Below are positions 1 to 15,613 of a DNA stretch of 64,000 nt, one piece after another (positions within the stretch are counted from its first letter, which is position 1; the number at the start of each line of letters is the position of its first letter). The stretch is from an uncultured Pelagibacteraceae bacterium (GTDB lineage Bacteria; Pseudomonadota; Alphaproteobacteria; Pelagibacterales; Pelagibacteraceae), in NCBI GenBank assembly GCA_902573755.1, contig CACGLD010000002.1:3339-67338 (forward strand). The letters run 5' to 3'. The notes beneath the pieces are model-generated. The model was given only the letters and a program-made list of their open reading frames with translations. It was not told where the DNA came from and did not search any database. The translations under genes were made by a program, and so were the position numbers.

Positions 1-1149
1 AATACAGGCGTTTTAGTTCTCGAAAATAATAAGGTATTTAAAGGAATTGGAATTGGTTACCAGGGAGAAGCCACAGGCGAAGTTTGCTTTAATACATCAT
101 TAACAGGCTATCAAGAAATCATGTCTGATCCGTCATATGCAGGTCAAATTATTAACTTTACCTTTCCCCATATTGGAAATGTTGGAACCAATAAAGAAGA
201 TCATGAGTCTGATAAAATATGGGCAAAAGGAGTGATAATTAATTCTGAAATAACTTCACCCTCAAATTACAGATCATTCCTACATTTAGATACTTGGCTA
301 AAGAAAAATAAAATTGTTGGAATTACTGGCTTAGACACCAGAAGCCTAACAAACTTTATAAGGGATAAAGGTGCTCCAAAAGGTACGATTAGTTATTCAA
401 CAAAAGGTAAATTTAATATTAATAAATTGACCAACTCTACAATAAAATGGAGTGGGCTAAAAAATCTTGATCTTGCAGAAGTTGTTTCAACCCAGAAAAA
501 TTATATTTGGAAAGGTCTTAAAACGTGGAAAAAAGAATTTGGATATAAAAAAAATAAAAAGAACTCATTTCATGTTGTTGCAATTGATTATGGAATTAAA
601 AAAAACATCTTAAGATATTTCTCTGACTACAACTGTAAAGTTACAGTTGTCTCCTGTAAAACTAGTGCTCAAAAAATTTTAGCTTTAAAACCAAATGGAA
701 TATTTTTATCAAATGGTCCTGGTGATCCAGCTGCAACAGGGAAATATGCTATAGAAATTATTAAAGATCTAATTAAAAAAAATTTACCTATATTTGGTAT
801 TTGTCTAGGTCATCAAATTTTAGCATTAGCATTAGGTGGTAAAACAAAGAAAATGAAACTTGGTCATAGAGGGGCAAATCACCCTGTTAAAAATTTAATT
901 CATGATAATGTTGAAATAACGAGTCAAAACCACGGATTTGAAGTAGTTAAAGAAACATTACCAAAAAATATTGAAGTCACACATAAATCTTTATTTGATA
1001 ATAGTATTGAGGGTATCAAACTAAAAAATAAACCAGTCTTTTCTGTACAATATCATCCAGAATCTAATCCAGGGCCTCAAGATAGTGTTTATTTGTTTCA
1101 AGAATTTATTAACAACATGAAAAATAATGCCAAAAAGAAAAGATATTAA
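1..1149 (+). CDS. carA: Carbamoyl-phosphate synthase small subunit (5' end lies before the window)
   Basis: Frame 1 is open from base 1 (NTGVLVLEN...[21 protein letters not shown]); glutamine amidotransferase motifs SNGPGDP, GICLGHQ, SQNHGF and QYHPE; overlaps the carB start. Confidence 0.97.
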   Translation, partial: NTGVLVLENNKVFKGIGIGYQGEATGEVCFNTSLTGYQEIMSDPSYAGQIINFTFPHIGNVGTNKEDHESDKIWAKGVIINSEITSPSNYRSFLHLDTWLKKNKIVGITGLDTRSLTNFIRDKGAPKGTISYSTKGKFNINKLTNSTIKWSGLKNLDLAEVVSTQKNYIWKGLKTWKKEFGYKKNKKNSFHVVAIDYGIKKNILRYFSDYNCKVTVVSCKTSAQKILALKPNGIFLSNGPGDPAATGKYAIEIIKDLIKKNLPIFGICLGHQILALALGGKTKKMKLGHRGANHPVKNLIHDNVEITSQNHGFEVVKETLPKNIEVTHKSLFDNSIEGIKLKNKPVFSVQYHPESNPGPQDSVYLFQEFINNMKNNAKKKRY

Positions 1150-4100
1150 AAAAATACTAGTTGTGGGAGCTGGTCCAATAATTATAGGACAAGCATGTGA
1201 ATTTGATTATTCAGGGACACAAGCATGTAAAGCTCTTAAAGATGAGGGTTATAAAGTAGTCTTAATAAATTCAAATCCCGCAACAATTATGACTGATCCA
1301 GATGTTGCAGATAAAACTTATATTGAACCAATTACATTAGATGTATTAGAAAAAATTCTAAAGAAAGAAAAACCCGATGCAATTCTTCCAACAATGGGAG
1401 GGCAAACTGCGCTTAACCTTGCAATGGAAGCAGAGAAAAAAGGAATTCTAAAAAAATACAAAATTGAGTTGATAGGAGCAAATTCTAAAGCAATTTCTAA
1501 TGCTGAGGATAGAAAGAAATTTAGAAAAAATATGATAGATATTGGTTTAGATTTACCAAAATCAGAAATCGTAAATAATAATAATCAAGCATCAAAAGTA
1601 CTAAAAAAAATTGGTTTACCTGCAATTATAAGACCTGCTTTTACACTTGGTGGACTTGGTGGAGGAATAGCCAAAACTAGAAAAGATTATTTTAAGATTG
1701 TTAAAAATGGATTGCATGAATCTCCAGTAAGCCAAGTTCTTGTAGAGGAATGTTTAGAGGGCTGGAAAGAATTTGAGATGGAGGTTGTAAGAGATAAGAA
1801 AGATAACTGTATCATCATTTGCTCAATTGAAAATATTGATCCAATGGGAATTCATACGGGTGACTCAGTGACAATTGCACCAGCTCTTACACTTACAGAT
1901 AAAGAATACCAAGTAATGAGAAATGCATCTATTGCATGTTTGAGAAAAATTGGAGTTGAAACTGGAGGATCAAATGTTCAATTTGCTATCAATCCTAAAA
2001 ATGGTCGAATGGTTGTTATTGAAATGAATCCACGTGTATCAAGATCATCAGCACTTGCATCAAAAGCAACTGGATTTCCAATTGCGAAAGTAGCTGCAAA
2101 ATTAGCGGTTGGTTATACTCTGGATGAATTAAAAAATGAAATAACCAAAGTTACTCCTGCATCATTTGAACCAAGTATAGATTATGTTGTAACTAAAATT
2201 CCAAGATTTACTTTTGAAAAATTCTCAACCTCTCCCGCAACTTTAGGAACATCTATGAAATCAGTGGGTGAAGCAATGGCAATAGGAAGAAACTTTAAAG
2301 AATCTTTACAAAAAGCTCTAGTGTCTCTAGAGACAGGTTTTTCAGGTTTAGACAGAATTTTTGATTTAAATAAAAAACAAATTGAAAAAAAACTTAAAGA
2401 AACTATTCCGAATAAGATATTGCTTGTCGCTGAAGCAATTAGAAAAAAAATAAACTTAAAGAAAATATATAATTTATCCAAAATTGATCCTTGGTTTTTA
2501 GAACAAATCAAAGAGATGGTCGATTGTGAAACACAAATAAAAACTAAAGGACTTCCTAGGGATTTTGCAGAATTTAATAGAATAAAATCAATAGGATTTT
2601 CAGATAAAAAACTTTCGGAATTAACTAAAACGTCTGAGGAAATTGTTAGAAGAAAAAGATCAGCGCTTAAAATACTTCCAGTTTATAAAAAAGTGGATAC
2701 TTGTGCGGCTGAATTCAAATCGTTTACCCCTTATATGTATTCAACATATCAAAGAAACTTTTCAATTAACTCAGAATGTGAAGCAGATCCATCTAATAAG
2801 AAAAAAATAATTATTCTTGGAGGAGGACCAAATAGAATTGGTCAAGGAATTGAGTTTGATTATTGCTGTTGTCAGGCAAGTTTTTCTTTAAAAGATGCAG
2901 GTTTTGAGACCATCATGGTTAATTGTAACCCTGAAACAGTATCAACAGACTATGATACGAGCGATCGATTATACTTTGAACCTTTAAAAGAAGAATATGT
3001 TTTTAATATAATTAAAAAAGAACAAGAAAAAGGAAATCTGATAGGAGTAATAGCTCAGTTTGGAGGCCAAACTCCAATTAAACTTGCTAAATTTTTGCAC
3101 AATAACAAGCTTCCAATTTTAGGAACTCAATATACTTCTATAGATTTAGCAGAGGATAGAGATAGATTTAGAAATTTATTAAATGAATTAAAACTAAAAC
3201 AAGCAGAGAGTGGGATTGCAAAGACATTTAATCAGGCGATAAAAATTGCAGACAAAATAGGATTACCATTAATGGTAAGACCTTCGTATGTTTTGGGTGG
3301 AAGAGCAATGGAAATTGTTCATGAAAAAAATCAGCTTAAAAAATTTGTTGAAGAAGCGTTTAAAGCTGCAGAAGAAAATCCAATTTTGATTGATAAATTT
3401 ATCGATCATGCAATGGAAGTAGATGTAGATGCCATATCAGATGGAAAACAGGTTCATGTTGCAGGTATCATGCAGCATATCGAAGAAGCTGGAATTCATT
3501 CAGGAGACTCAGCTTGTAGTTTACCACCTGTATCAATTAAACCATATCTTCTTAAAGAAATTGAAAATCAAACAAAAAAACTAGCAATAGCTTTAAATGT
3601 AAAAGGTTTCATGAATATACAATTTGCAATTAAAAAAGATGAAATTTATGTGATTGAAGTTAATCCAAGAGCTAGTCGAACAGTACCTTTCGTGTCAAAA
3701 GCAAAAGGATTGCCCCTAGCTAAAATTGCATCAAGAGTAATGGCTGGTGAAAAGTTATCTAAGTTTAATTTGAAAGATAAATCTAAAGGTATGTACGCAG
3801 TTAAAGAAGCTGTATTTCCATTTAATAAATTTCCAAACAGTGACTTATTGTTAGGACCTGAAATGAAGTCGACAGGGGAAGTTATGGGATTTGATAAAAA
3901 TTTTGGAATGGCTTTTGCCAAAAGTCAGATCGCAGCAGCTAACTCATTACCAAAACAAGGATTAGCTTTTATATCTCTCAAAAATAGTCACAAAGATGAA
4001 GGAATAGATTTAGCTAAAGAACTTCTTAAACTTAAGTTTACGTTATGTGCAACTAGAGGAACCGCAGAATATATTCGAAAGCATGGCATGAAATGTAAAA

Positions 4101-4351
4101 TTATAAATAAAGTAAGCACTGGATCGCCTCATATAGTAGATGTTTTAGACTCTAAAAAAATTGCATTAGTGATAAATACTGGAGGTGGAAATAGTGAACA
4201 TAGATTAAGTGATGCAATAGCTTTAAGAAGAGCAACGCTTAAAAATAAAGTTCCTTATTGTACTAATATGTCTACTGCTCAAGCATGTTTAGAGGCAATT
4301 AGATCGCTAAAAACAAAAAAATTAGAAGTCACTTCTCTTCAGGACGTTTAA
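1127..4351 (+). CDS. carB: Carbamoyl-phosphate synthase large subunit
   Basis: 1074 aa; MPKRKDIK start, [10 protein letters not shown], duplicated ATP-grasp halves ([19 protein letters not shown]), C-terminal MGS-like domain. Confidence 0.98.
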   Translation: MPKRKDIKKILVVGAGPIIIGQACEFDYSGTQACKALKDEGYKVVLINSNPATIMTDPDVADKTYIEPITLDVLEKILKKEKPDAILPTMGGQTALNLAMEAEKKGILKKYKIELIGANSKAISNAEDRKKFRKNMIDIGLDLPKSEIVNNNNQASKVLKKIGLPAIIRPAFTLGGLGGGIAKTRKDYFKIVKNGLHESPVSQVLVEECLEGWKEFEMEVVRDKKDNCIIICSIENIDPMGIHTGDSVTIAPALTLTDKEYQVMRNASIACLRKIGVETGGSNVQFAINPKNGRMVVIEMNPRVSRSSALASKATGFPIAKVAAKLAVGYTLDELKNEITKVTPASFEPSIDYVVTKIPRFTFEKFSTSPATLGTSMKSVGEAMAIGRNFKESLQKALVSLETGFSGLDRIFDLNKKQIEKKLKETIPNKILLVAEAIRKKINLKKIYNLSKIDPWFLEQIKEMVDCETQIKTKGLPRDFAEFNRIKSIGFSDKKLSELTKTSEEIVRRKRSALKILPVYKKVDTCAAEFKSFTPYMYSTYQRNFSINSECEADPSNKKKIIILGGGPNRIGQGIEFDYCCCQASFSLKDAGFETIMVNCNPETVSTDYDTSDRLYFEPLKEEYVFNIIKKEQEKGNLIGVIAQFGGQTPIKLAKFLHNNKLPILGTQYTSIDLAEDRDRFRNLLNELKLKQAESGIAKTFNQAIKIADKIGLPLMVRPSYVLGGRAMEIVHEKNQLKKFVEEAFKAAEENPILIDKFIDHAMEVDVDAISDGKQVHVAGIMQHIEEAGIHSGDSACSLPPVSIKPYLLKEIENQTKKLAIALNVKGFMNIQFAIKKDEIYVIEVNPRASRTVPFVSKAKGLPLAKIASRVMAGEKLSKFNLKDKSKGMYAVKEAVFPFNKFPNSDLLLGPEMKSTGEVMGFDKNFGMAFAKSQIAAANSLPKQGLAFISLKNSHKDEGIDLAKELLKLKFTLCATRGTAEYIRKHGMKCKIINKVSTGSPHIVDVLDSKKIALVINTGGGNSEHRLSDAIALRRATLKNKVPYCTNMSTAQACLEAIRSLKTKKLEVTSLQDV

Positions 4352-5013
4352 GAATTAACTTTCCAATCAGTTTCAAAGGTAACATAATTTACTTGAATAC
4401 ATCGTCTTTCTTTAACGATCTTTTTCTTCTCCATACCATGCCATGTGTTTGGTCCGCTGGTGAAAAGATAGCCATAATTATGTTTGTAAGGAAGTGTTTT
4501 AACCTTTTCTAATTTTTCATTGTAAAAATCAGTTCCTAAATCTTCAGATTCATTTGTTTTATTAACAAATATTAAACCTGACATAAGTTTTTCTTTTATA
4601 TCGCAATGTGGTTTTAACCAAAAACCCTCTCGATCACATATAACCTCAACTCTAACATAGGAATTTGATAAATCTTTATTTATCATTTTAGAAATTGTTT
4701 CATATGTCTCTTTAGACTGAAGTTCATTTATAAATTTTACTAAATTTGGAAATTGAGATGAGTTTTCTTTATTAATAAAACATCTAAACTTTACTGCCTG
4801 TCCGCCTGAAGCTATACCTTTTCTAAATTCTGCAGCCCCACCATCTATTGCTCTTGTTCCATCATAATTAAGATTATGTTTGCTGACATCTGGAATATCA
4901 GCTTTAACTATTTCATCAATTGCATCTTCGGACAAAGCATCACTATACTCCCAGTGATCAAATGGGAAGTTATGTTGTTTTGAATTATTTTTAATTGAAT
5001 TTAAAAATGACAT
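4348..5013 (-). CDS. 2OG-Fe(II) oxygenase superfamily protein, substrate unknown
   Basis: HxD motif (LKPHCD), distal His (NTWHG) and downstream Arg (ERR) with spacing typical of the double-stranded beta-helix fold. Confidence 0.7.
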   Translation of the reverse strand: MSFLNSIKNNSKQHNFPFDHWEYSDALSEDAIDEIVKADIPDVSKHNLNYDGTRAIDGGAAEFRKGIASGGQAVKFRCFINKENSSQFPNLVKFINELQSKETYETISKMINKDLSNSYVRVEVICDREGFWLKPHCDIKEKLMSGLIFVNKTNESEDLGTDFYNEKLEKVKTLPYKHNYGYLFTSGPNTWHGMEKKKIVKERRCIQVNYVTFETDWKVNS

Positions 5014-5957
5014 TATGATTGAATTTTTTCTTTAATAATTTTTGCTACTCTATTCGTTTCATCTAATTTTTGATAGTTCCAATTTTCAATTTCTTCACCT
5101 AAGTTTCTAGTAATATTTAATTCTCTAAATAAATTTCTAAAATTTTGAAATCTGACGTCTTTTCTTTTTGGTAAAATATTAGCAACATAAATTGGTTTTC
5201 CAGTCAAAGCAGCTTCCGATATCATTGAGCTAGAGTCACAAGTAACAACTATATTTTCCGAAATAGCTAAAGCTGAGAGATAAGCTTTTTTATCAACATT
5301 CATAATCACAGTGTGATTTTCTCCAAAAAACTCTTTTGCATAATGTATAGTATTTAACGGTGTTCTCATTGAAGGTATCACCACAAGTTGAAAATCATGT
5401 TTTTTCAATAATTTGTAGAAAATTGAAAAGATATGCTTCATATTTTTTGTTGAGTAGTCATAATATTTTGTAGGACCACCCATTATCAAACACCAAACTT
5501 TTCTATTATCCTGTTTGATATATGAATTTAAATAACTTCTATTTTCTTCAATTTCATTTTCCGTTAAATAGTGAATTGCGCCTTTTGTTTTAATTACATT
5601 TGTACCACTTATCCCATCATGTTCGGGAGCAACAATAAAATCAAAATGATTAAAATCCACCTTTGGATCTTGAATATGAATATTTAAAACTTTTTTTTTT
5701 GAAATACTTTTTAAGTGGATTGAGGGAATCACACTTTTTCTTCCACATGAAATAATTACATCAAAATCAGAATCGTTTAATTTTTTATAAACGTTTTGAG
5801 AAATTGGAGTAAATTTAGGTGGAACAAGTTTCCAAATACTTTTTAGTTCAACCTTGTGGTGTGTAAAATCAATATCAAGTGCTTTTGCTAAACCTTCTAC
5901 CTGGCTTATCATGCCATGCATTCCTTGAGTTAATAATAAACCTTTTAATTTAGACAT
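5013..5957 (-). CDS. ELM1/DUF1022-family protein (putative glycosyltransferase-like)
   Basis: GMISQVEGLA, IISCGR, IQDPK...FDFIVAPEHD, PSMRTP and VTCDSSSMISEAALTGKP match the ELM1-family pattern. Confidence 0.8.
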   Translation of the reverse strand: MSKLKGLLLTQGMHGMISQVEGLAKALDIDFTHHKVELKSIWKLVPPKFTPISQNVYKKLNDSDFDVIISCGRKSVIPSIHLKSISKKKVLNIHIQDPKVDFNHFDFIVAPEHDGISGTNVIKTKGAIHYLTENEIEENRSYLNSYIKQDNRKVWCLIMGGPTKYYDYSTKNMKHIFSIFYKLLKKHDFQLVVIPSMRTPLNTIHYAKEFFGENHTVIMNVDKKAYLSALAISENIVVTCDSSSMISEAALTGKPIYVANILPKRKDVRFQNFRNLFRELNITRNLGEEIENWNYQKLDETNRVAKIIKEKIQS

Positions 5958-5978
5958 TAATCACTATATAGCTTTCAT

Positions 5979-6923
5979 ATGAGTCAAAATCCAACTAAAC
6001 ACACAAAAGTGTTAATAATTGGATCTGGTCCTGCCGGATACACAGCGGCAGTTTATGCGGCTCGAGCGATGTTAAATCCAATTTTAGTTTATGGTTCTGA
6101 ACCTGGTGGTCAATTAACAACAACTACTGATGTTGAAAATTTTCCAGGATTTGCAGAAGTTATTCAAGGTCCGTGGTTGATGGATCAGATGAAAGAACAA
6201 GCAAAAGCAGTTGGAACTGAAATGATTGAAGATCATATTGGTTCGGTAAATTTAAAATCTACTCCGTTTGAAGCTATAGGCGATAGTGGGCAAAAATATA
6301 CTGCTGATAGCATAATTATTTCTACAGGGGCTCAGGCCAGATGGTTAAATCTTAAATCTGAACAAGAATTTAGAGGATTTGGTGTTTCTGCGTGCGCTAC
6401 TTGTGATGGTTTTTTCTTTAAAGATAAAGAGGTTGCTGTTGTTGGAGGAGGCAATGCAGCTGTTGAAGAAGCCATGTTTCTTACAAAGTTTGCATCCAAA
6501 GTTAAATTAATTCATAGAAGAGATAGTTTGAGAGCTGAAAAAATGCTTCAAAAAAAATTAATGGAAAATAAAAAAATAGAAATTATTTGGGACTCTGTTG
6601 TTGAAGATGTACTGGGAGATCAAGAACCTAAAAATGTTAAAGGTATTAAAATTAAAAATTTAAAAACAGATAAAACTGAAGAATTAAAACTAGATGGATT
6701 ATTTATCGCTATTGGACATGATCCAGCAACTTCACTATTTAAAGATCAACTTAAGATGGATAATGAGGGGTATTTAATTACTAAACCAGATTCTACTGAA
6801 ACAAATATTCCTGGAGTTTATGCTGCGGGAGATGTAAAAGACAAAACATTTAGACAAGCTGTTACAGCTGCAGGAATGGGTTGTATGGCAGCATTAGAAG
6901 CCGAAAAATTCCTATCTCACTAA
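5979..6923 (+). CDS. trxB: Thioredoxin reductase
   Basis: GSGPAG, redox-active CATCDG, GGGNAA NADPH motif, AAGDV. Confidence 0.97.
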   Translation: MSQNPTKHTKVLIIGSGPAGYTAAVYAARAMLNPILVYGSEPGGQLTTTTDVENFPGFAEVIQGPWLMDQMKEQAKAVGTEMIEDHIGSVNLKSTPFEAIGDSGQKYTADSIIISTGAQARWLNLKSEQEFRGFGVSACATCDGFFFKDKEVAVVGGGNAAVEEAMFLTKFASKVKLIHRRDSLRAEKMLQKKLMENKKIEIIWDSVVEDVLGDQEPKNVKGIKIKNLKTDKTEELKLDGLFIAIGHDPATSLFKDQLKMDNEGYLITKPDSTETNIPGVYAAGDVKDKTFRQAVTAAGMGCMAALEAEKFLSH

Positions 6924-6961
6924 TTCGAGATTAACAAATAAATAATAGAAAGGTAAATATA

Positions 6962-7981
6962 ATGACAGACAAGGTATTATTAACTGGAATAAGTGGATGG
7001 ATAGCAAAACATATAGCGATTGAATTATTAAATTCAGGGTACGAAGTTTTGGGTACTGTTAGAAACCAAAGCTTACTCGAAAAAACAAAAAAAACTTTAA
7101 GCGAACACGTTTCAATAGATAAATTATCATTTGTTGAATTAGATCTTTTAGAAGATGAAGGATGGAAAGAGGCTGCTAAAGATTGTAAATATATTATTCA
7201 TACTGCCTCTCCCTATCCTATGAAAAGTTCAAGAAATAGAGAAGCCTTAGTTCCAGCAGCTGAAGGTGGAACTTTAAGAGTTTTAAATGCAGGTTTAGAG
7301 GCTAACGTTGAAAAAATAGTTCTAACGTCGTCAATTGCAGCAATGTACAAAAGACCTAATAGAACCAATCCTTATGATGTTGGGGAAAACGATTGGTCTG
7401 ATGCTGAATGGAGTGGATCTAATGATTATATTATATCAAAAACCAAAGCCGAAAAAGCTGCGTGGGAATTAATGAAAAGTAAAGGTGTGAAAGATAAATT
7501 AACTGTAATTAATCCAGGTGGTGTTAATGGTGATGCATTAGATGATAAAGAAAATACATCGACAAAATATGTTCAATTATTACTTAAAGGAAAATATCCA
7601 ATGGCTCCAAATTTTGGAATTTTGATTTCTGATGTAAAAGATGTAGCTAAAGCACACGTGCTTTCATTGAAAAACTCTAAAGTAAATGGAAGACGTTTAT
7701 TAATTGGCTCAGAAGTTAAAAAAATTCTCGAAATTTCAAAAATTATGCAAGAAGAGTTTCCACAATATGCAAAAAAATTACCAAAAAAAGAAATGCCAAA
7801 CTTTATGTTAAAGTTGATTAGCTACATGGACTCATCTGCAAAAATAATGATATCAGAACTTGGAATTTTGATGCAAACAGACACTTCTTATGCTGAAGAT
7901 TTATTGGGTATCAAATTTAAACCTGCAAGAGATAGTATTAAAGATGCTGGAAACTCAGTAATAAGACTTGGATTAGTTTAA
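6962..7981 (+). CDS. Extended SDR NAD-dependent epimerase/dehydratase (aldehyde/flavonoid reductase-like)
   Basis: TGISGWIA Rossmann motif, HTASP, LTSS, catalytic YxxxK (YIISK), DVKDVAKAH. Confidence 0.8.
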   Translation: MTDKVLLTGISGWIAKHIAIELLNSGYEVLGTVRNQSLLEKTKKTLSEHVSIDKLSFVELDLLEDEGWKEAAKDCKYIIHTASPYPMKSSRNREALVPAAEGGTLRVLNAGLEANVEKIVLTSSIAAMYKRPNRTNPYDVGENDWSDAEWSGSNDYIISKTKAEKAAWELMKSKGVKDKLTVINPGGVNGDALDDKENTSTKYVQLLLKGKYPMAPNFGILISDVKDVAKAHVLSLKNSKVNGRRLLIGSEVKKILEISKIMQEEFPQYAKKLPKKEMPNFMLKLISYMDSSAKIMISELGILMQTDTSYAEDLLGIKFKPARDSIKDAGNSVIRLGLV

Positions 7982-8637
7982 TTAATAGTTAATTATTTCT
8001 GATATCTCATTAGACTCAAAAATTATTTTTGAATGATTATTTTGAGTAATTGCAATCATTGCTTTTGCAACAGTTGCTGAATGAATAGGTTTCATTTTTT
8101 TTAGAGGTCCTAAAAACAGAGGAGACAATAGTTTAAATATAAAAATTCCTATTTTCTCGCCTACTCTCTTCTCTTGTCTAGCGCCTAATAAAAAAGAAGG
8201 TCTCATAATTCCAAGTTTTGGAAAGTTAAGTCTTATTAAGTCTTCTTCAACTAATCCTTTAAATTTTAAGTAATCTCCTGAACTTTTTGGATCTGCATAA
8301 CCTGATGAAACAAAAACGAATGAGTTAACTAAATTTGATTTTGCTATTTGAGCAACTTGTTTAGGAAGCTCAAGTTCTACTCTTTTATACTCATTTTTAT
8401 CTGGTGAATTTTTCTTTGTTGTTCCAATACAAAAAAAACAGTCATCACCTGTAATATCATTTCTATACTTTTCTAAATCATTAAAATCAGTTTCAATAAT
8501 TTCGATTTTTGGATTAATAAGTTCTATTTTTGAACGAACAAAAATCTTTATTTTTGAATAATTTGAATTGAGGATAAGTTGATTAACGAGATGCCCACCA
8601 ACTAAACCTGATGCACCAAACACTAGGGCTGTTTTCA

Positions 8638-8638
<1 letters not shown>
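7982..8638 (-). CDS. Atypical SDR, NAD(P)H-binding protein (TIP30/CC3/YraR-like)
   Basis: GASGLVG, FCIGTT, VSSGYA, YLKFKG and RPSFLLG motifs. Confidence 0.8.
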
Positions 8639-12029
<3,391 letters not shown>

Positions 12030-12048
<19 letters not shown>

Positions 12049-12782
12049 TTATTACTGGTGGAGCCACTCGAATGGGGGCAGCAATTGCCAGAAAATTATC
12101 TGGACCAAACAAAGAAATCCTAATCCATTATAACAAGTCAAAATTAAAAGCAGAAAAATTAAAAAAAGAATTATCTAGCAAAGGTACAAAAGTATACTTA
12201 GTCAAAGGCAATTTAAGTAAAGAAACTGATATAAAAAAAATAATTAAATTTGCAAAATCTAAATTAAAGTTTTTTGATTGCCTTGTTAATAACGCCTCTT
12301 TATTTGAAAATGATAAATTAGAAAATTTTTCATTGGATAGTTGGAGTAAGCATTTAAGAACCAATTTAAGAGCACCCGCACTATTAACGAAAGAATTTGC
12401 TAAAAATGTTAAAGGTAAAAATAATAATATTATAAATATTATTGATCAAAGAGTTTTCAAATTAACCCCTTACTTTTTTTCCTACACTCTTAGTAAAACT
12501 GGTTTGTATACTTTAACAAAAACTAGCGCTATGAGTTTGGCTCCAAATATAAGAGTAAACGCAATTGCACCTGGACCCACTATAAAAAATCAAAGACAAT
12601 CTGAAAAACATTTCAAAAAGCAATATTTAGCTACACCCTTGAAAAGACAAGTTGATGTGGAGCAAATATGTAATGCTGTTGACTTTTTTATTAAAAATAT
12701 ATCTATTACTGGTCAAGTTTTGGCTATTGATAGTGGTCAAAATCTTAACTGGCAAACACCAGATGTAATGGGTAAAGAATGA
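12030..12782 (+). CDS. Short-chain dehydrogenase, pteridine reductase/FolM-like
   Basis: TGGATRMG (the Arg in the glycine motif is typical of PTR1/FolM), [19 protein letters not shown]; directly upstream of folB. Confidence 0.75.
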
Positions 12783-13204
12783 AAAAGAACAATTTAAAAA
12801 TTGTCAAAATAGATAAAAATAAAAGCTTATTTAATTATGAGAAAAAAATCCTAATTAACGAATTAATCTTGGATTTAAAACTTGGTTATTACGATTTTGA
12901 AAAAGAAAAACCACAAAAAGTTAAATTTAGTCTTGAAATAGACTATGAAGATAAAAAACCTTCAAGCGATAAAGATATCAAATCCATTGTTAATTATGGA
13001 ACTATAGTAAAATTAATTACGAAACTTGTAAAAAAGAAACATTATAATTTCCTAGAAACTTTAGCAGAAGCTGTTTTTGACGAATTATTTAAAGACAAAA
13101 GGATTGCTAAAATAATGTTGAAAATTGAAAAATTAGAAATTTTAAAACAGTGTTCATCTGTTGGTATTCAAATTACCAAAAAGAGAAGCCATGATAAGCT
13201 CTGA
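12779..13204 (+). CDS. folB: Dihydroneopterin aldolase
   Basis: GYYDFEK..PQ, VNY, FLETLAE, IEK and SVG motifs of the T-fold FolB family. Confidence 0.85.
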   Translation: MKKNNLKIVKIDKNKSLFNYEKKILINELILDLKLGYYDFEKEKPQKVKFSLEIDYEDKKPSSDKDIKSIVNYGTIVKLITKLVKKKHYNFLETLAEAVFDELFKDKRIAKIMLKIEKLEILKQCSSVGIQITKKRSHDKL

Positions 13205-15026
13205 AATAGGAAAAGAGGTAATTAAAAAAGAGCTACCTCTAGTCCCAAAACTTCCAGGCGTATACAGAATGCTAAATGAAAAGAATGAAATTCTTTATGT
13301 AGGTAAAGCAAAAAATTTACCGAATAGATTAAAGAGTTATGTTGCAGAAAAAAATCATATAATTAGAACTGAACGAATGTTGTCTCAAACAAGAAAATTA
13401 GAGATAACAACAACATCTAATGAAAGTGAAGCTTTATTACTAGAAGCAAATTTAATTAAAAAACATAAACCAAAATTTAATATCCTTTTACGTGATGATA
13501 AGTCATTTCCATTTATATTTATTGGTAATAAAGATAAATGGCCTCAAATAAAAAGACATAGAGGAAAAAAAACAAAAGAAGGTTTTTACTTTGGACCTTT
13601 TGCCTCCGCTGGTTCAGCTAATTGGACAATCAAAATGATCCAAAAAATTTTTCATTTAAGAGTTTGTGATGACACCGTTTTCAAAAACAGAGAAAGACCT
13701 TGTATTTTATATCAAATAAAAAGATGTTCTGGACCTTGTGTAGGATATGTAAAAAAAGAGGAATACAATCAAACAGTAGAAGATGCTATTGAATTTGTTT
13801 CAGGCAAATCTAGGAAAATTCAAAAAAATCTTTCTAACCAAATGGAAAAGGCAAGTGAGGATCTTGATTTTGAAAAAGCTGTAATTTTAAGAGATAGAAT
13901 TAAAGCATTAAACATCATTCAATCTTCACAGAGAATTAATGAAGCAAACTTAGTTGAGGCAGATGTTATTGCTGGATATAAAGAATCTGGAAAAACTTGT
14001 ATTCAAGTATTTTTTTATAGATCAAAACAAAATTGGGGCAATCAAGCTTTTTTCCCTAAACACGATCCAGATGAAAAGTTTAGTGAAATCCTTAATTCAT
14101 TTGTTTCTCAATTTTATGAAAATAAAAGTGTTCCTTCATCGGTTATCCTTTCAGAAGAAATAAAGGAAAAAGCACTAATTGAAAAAACACTGACACAAAA
14201 AGAAGGTAAACAAATAAATATTTCAGTTGCGAAAAAAGGATCAAAACTAAAAGTAATTAATCAAGCAATTAAAAACGCAAAGGATAGTCTAAATAGAAAA
14301 CTTTATGAAAGTCAGAATAATAAAGAATTGTTCGATGCAGTAGCTAAGAAATTTAATTTAGAAACCAATATAAATTTAATCGAGGTTTATGATAATAGTC
14401 ATATTCAAGGCACAAATAGTGTTGGCGCTTTAATAGCCTACGGCGATGAAGGCTTTATCAAAAAAAGATATAGAAAATTTAATATTAAGCATAAAAAAAA
14501 TGAGCAAGATGATTATGGAATGATGAGAGAGGTATTAAATAGAAGGTTCAAAAGAGCAGTTCAAGAAAAAGATAATTACCTTGCTTTTCCTGATTTGGTT
14601 CTAGTAGATGGAGGAAAAGGTCAATATTCAGTCGCTAGAGAGAGCCTTAATGAATTAGGGCTTCACGACCTTCCAATTATTGCAATAGCAAAAGGTAAAT
14701 TTAGAAATAGTGGAAATGAAACTTTTTTTCACGATGGCAAAGAATATAAATTCACTAGAAATGACCCTACCCTATTTTTTCTTCAAAGAATAAGAGATGA
14801 ATCACATAGATTTGCCATAAGCGCTCACAGAGCAAAGAGAAAAAAAGGTATAAGCAAATCTCTGTTAGATCAAATAGAAGGGATTGGGGCCATAAGAAAA
14901 AGAGCTTTATTGAACCATTTTGGATCTGCTAGATCGGTTGAGTCTGCTAGCTTAGATGAAATAAAATCTGTAGAAGGTGTTGAAGAAAAAGTAGCAAAAA
15001 AGATATATAACTTTTTTCACGAATAA
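13191..15026 (+). CDS. uvrC: Excinuclease ABC subunit C
   Basis: GIY-YIG domain (PGVY...LYVGKA), Cys-rich region, RNase H-like DNSH and VDGGKGQ, C-terminal HhH; ATG at 13191. Confidence 0.97.
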   Translation: MISSEIGKEVIKKELPLVPKLPGVYRMLNEKNEILYVGKAKNLPNRLKSYVAEKNHIIRTERMLSQTRKLEITTTSNESEALLLEANLIKKHKPKFNILLRDDKSFPFIFIGNKDKWPQIKRHRGKKTKEGFYFGPFASAGSANWTIKMIQKIFHLRVCDDTVFKNRERPCILYQIKRCSGPCVGYVKKEEYNQTVEDAIEFVSGKSRKIQKNLSNQMEKASEDLDFEKAVILRDRIKALNIIQSSQRINEANLVEADVIAGYKESGKTCIQVFFYRSKQNWGNQAFFPKHDPDEKFSEILNSFVSQFYENKSVPSSVILSEEIKEKALIEKTLTQKEGKQINISVAKKGSKLKVINQAIKNAKDSLNRKLYESQNNKELFDAVAKKFNLETNINLIEVYDNSHIQGTNSVGALIAYGDEGFIKKRYRKFNIKHKKNEQDDYGMMREVLNRRFKRAVQEKDNYLAFPDLVLVDGGKGQYSVARESLNELGLHDLPIIAIAKGKFRNSGNETFFHDGKEYKFTRNDPTLFFLQRIRDESHRFAISAHRAKRKKGISKSLLDQIEGIGAIRKRALLNHFGSARSVESASLDEIKSVEGVEEKVAKKIYNFFHE

Positions 15027-15028
15027 TT

Positions 15029-15613
15029 ATGCTAAAAAAAATTCCAAACATATTAACGATAGGGCGAATAATAATTGTTCCTTTTTTTGTTTTAGCTTTT
15101 TATCTTCCAGGATTTTATGGTGATCTTACTGCTTTAATATTATTTATTATTGCATCATTTACAGACTTCTTGGATGGTATGTTGGCTAGAATGTTTGGAG
15201 TAGAGTCAAAACTGGGTGAATTATTAGATCCTATAGCTGATAAAATCATTGTTGCTACAGCATTAATACTTCTGGTTATGGATGGAACAATCAGAAATTA
15301 TGAGGTGATTGCAGCAATCATAATTCTGACAAGAGAAATTTTAATTTCAGGTTTGAGAGAATTTTTAGCAAAGGGAAAAATAAAACTTCCTGTTTCAAAC
15401 CTTGCTAAACTTAAAACAGTATTACAAATGGTATCGATAGCTCTTTTATTATCTGGAGATACTGGAAATAAAATAATTAATTTCCAAGATTACAATGCTC
15501 AAACTATAGGTATAATTCTTTTATGGTTATCCGCTGCTTTAACACTTTTTACTGCATATGATTATATGCGAAAAGGTATTGATCACGCTATGTCTGAGGA
15601 TAATAAAGACTAA
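15029..15613 (+). CDS. pgsA: CDP-diacylglycerol--glycerol-3-phosphate 3-phosphatidyltransferase
   Basis: IPNILT start, DFLDGMLAR...GELLDPIADK CDP-alcohol phosphotransferase motif; follows uvrC. Confidence 0.95.
   Translation: MLKKIPNILTIGRIIIVPFFVLAFYLPGFYGDLTALILFIIASFTDFLDGMLARMFGVESKLGELLDPIADKIIVATALILLVMDGTIRNYEVIAAIIILTREILISGLREFLAKGKIKLPVSNLAKLKTVLQMVSIALLLSGDTGNKIINFQDYNAQTIGIILLWLSAALTLFTAYDYMRKGIDHAMSEDNKD

Noticed and set aside
5691-5700. A10 tract in the ELM1-like gene as a phase-variation switch
   Set aside because: Runs of equal length occur in housekeeping genes (pgeF 21196-21205, ispE 31459-31468, SURF1 53100-53109); they are expected from Lys codons in AT-rich DNA and the frame is intact
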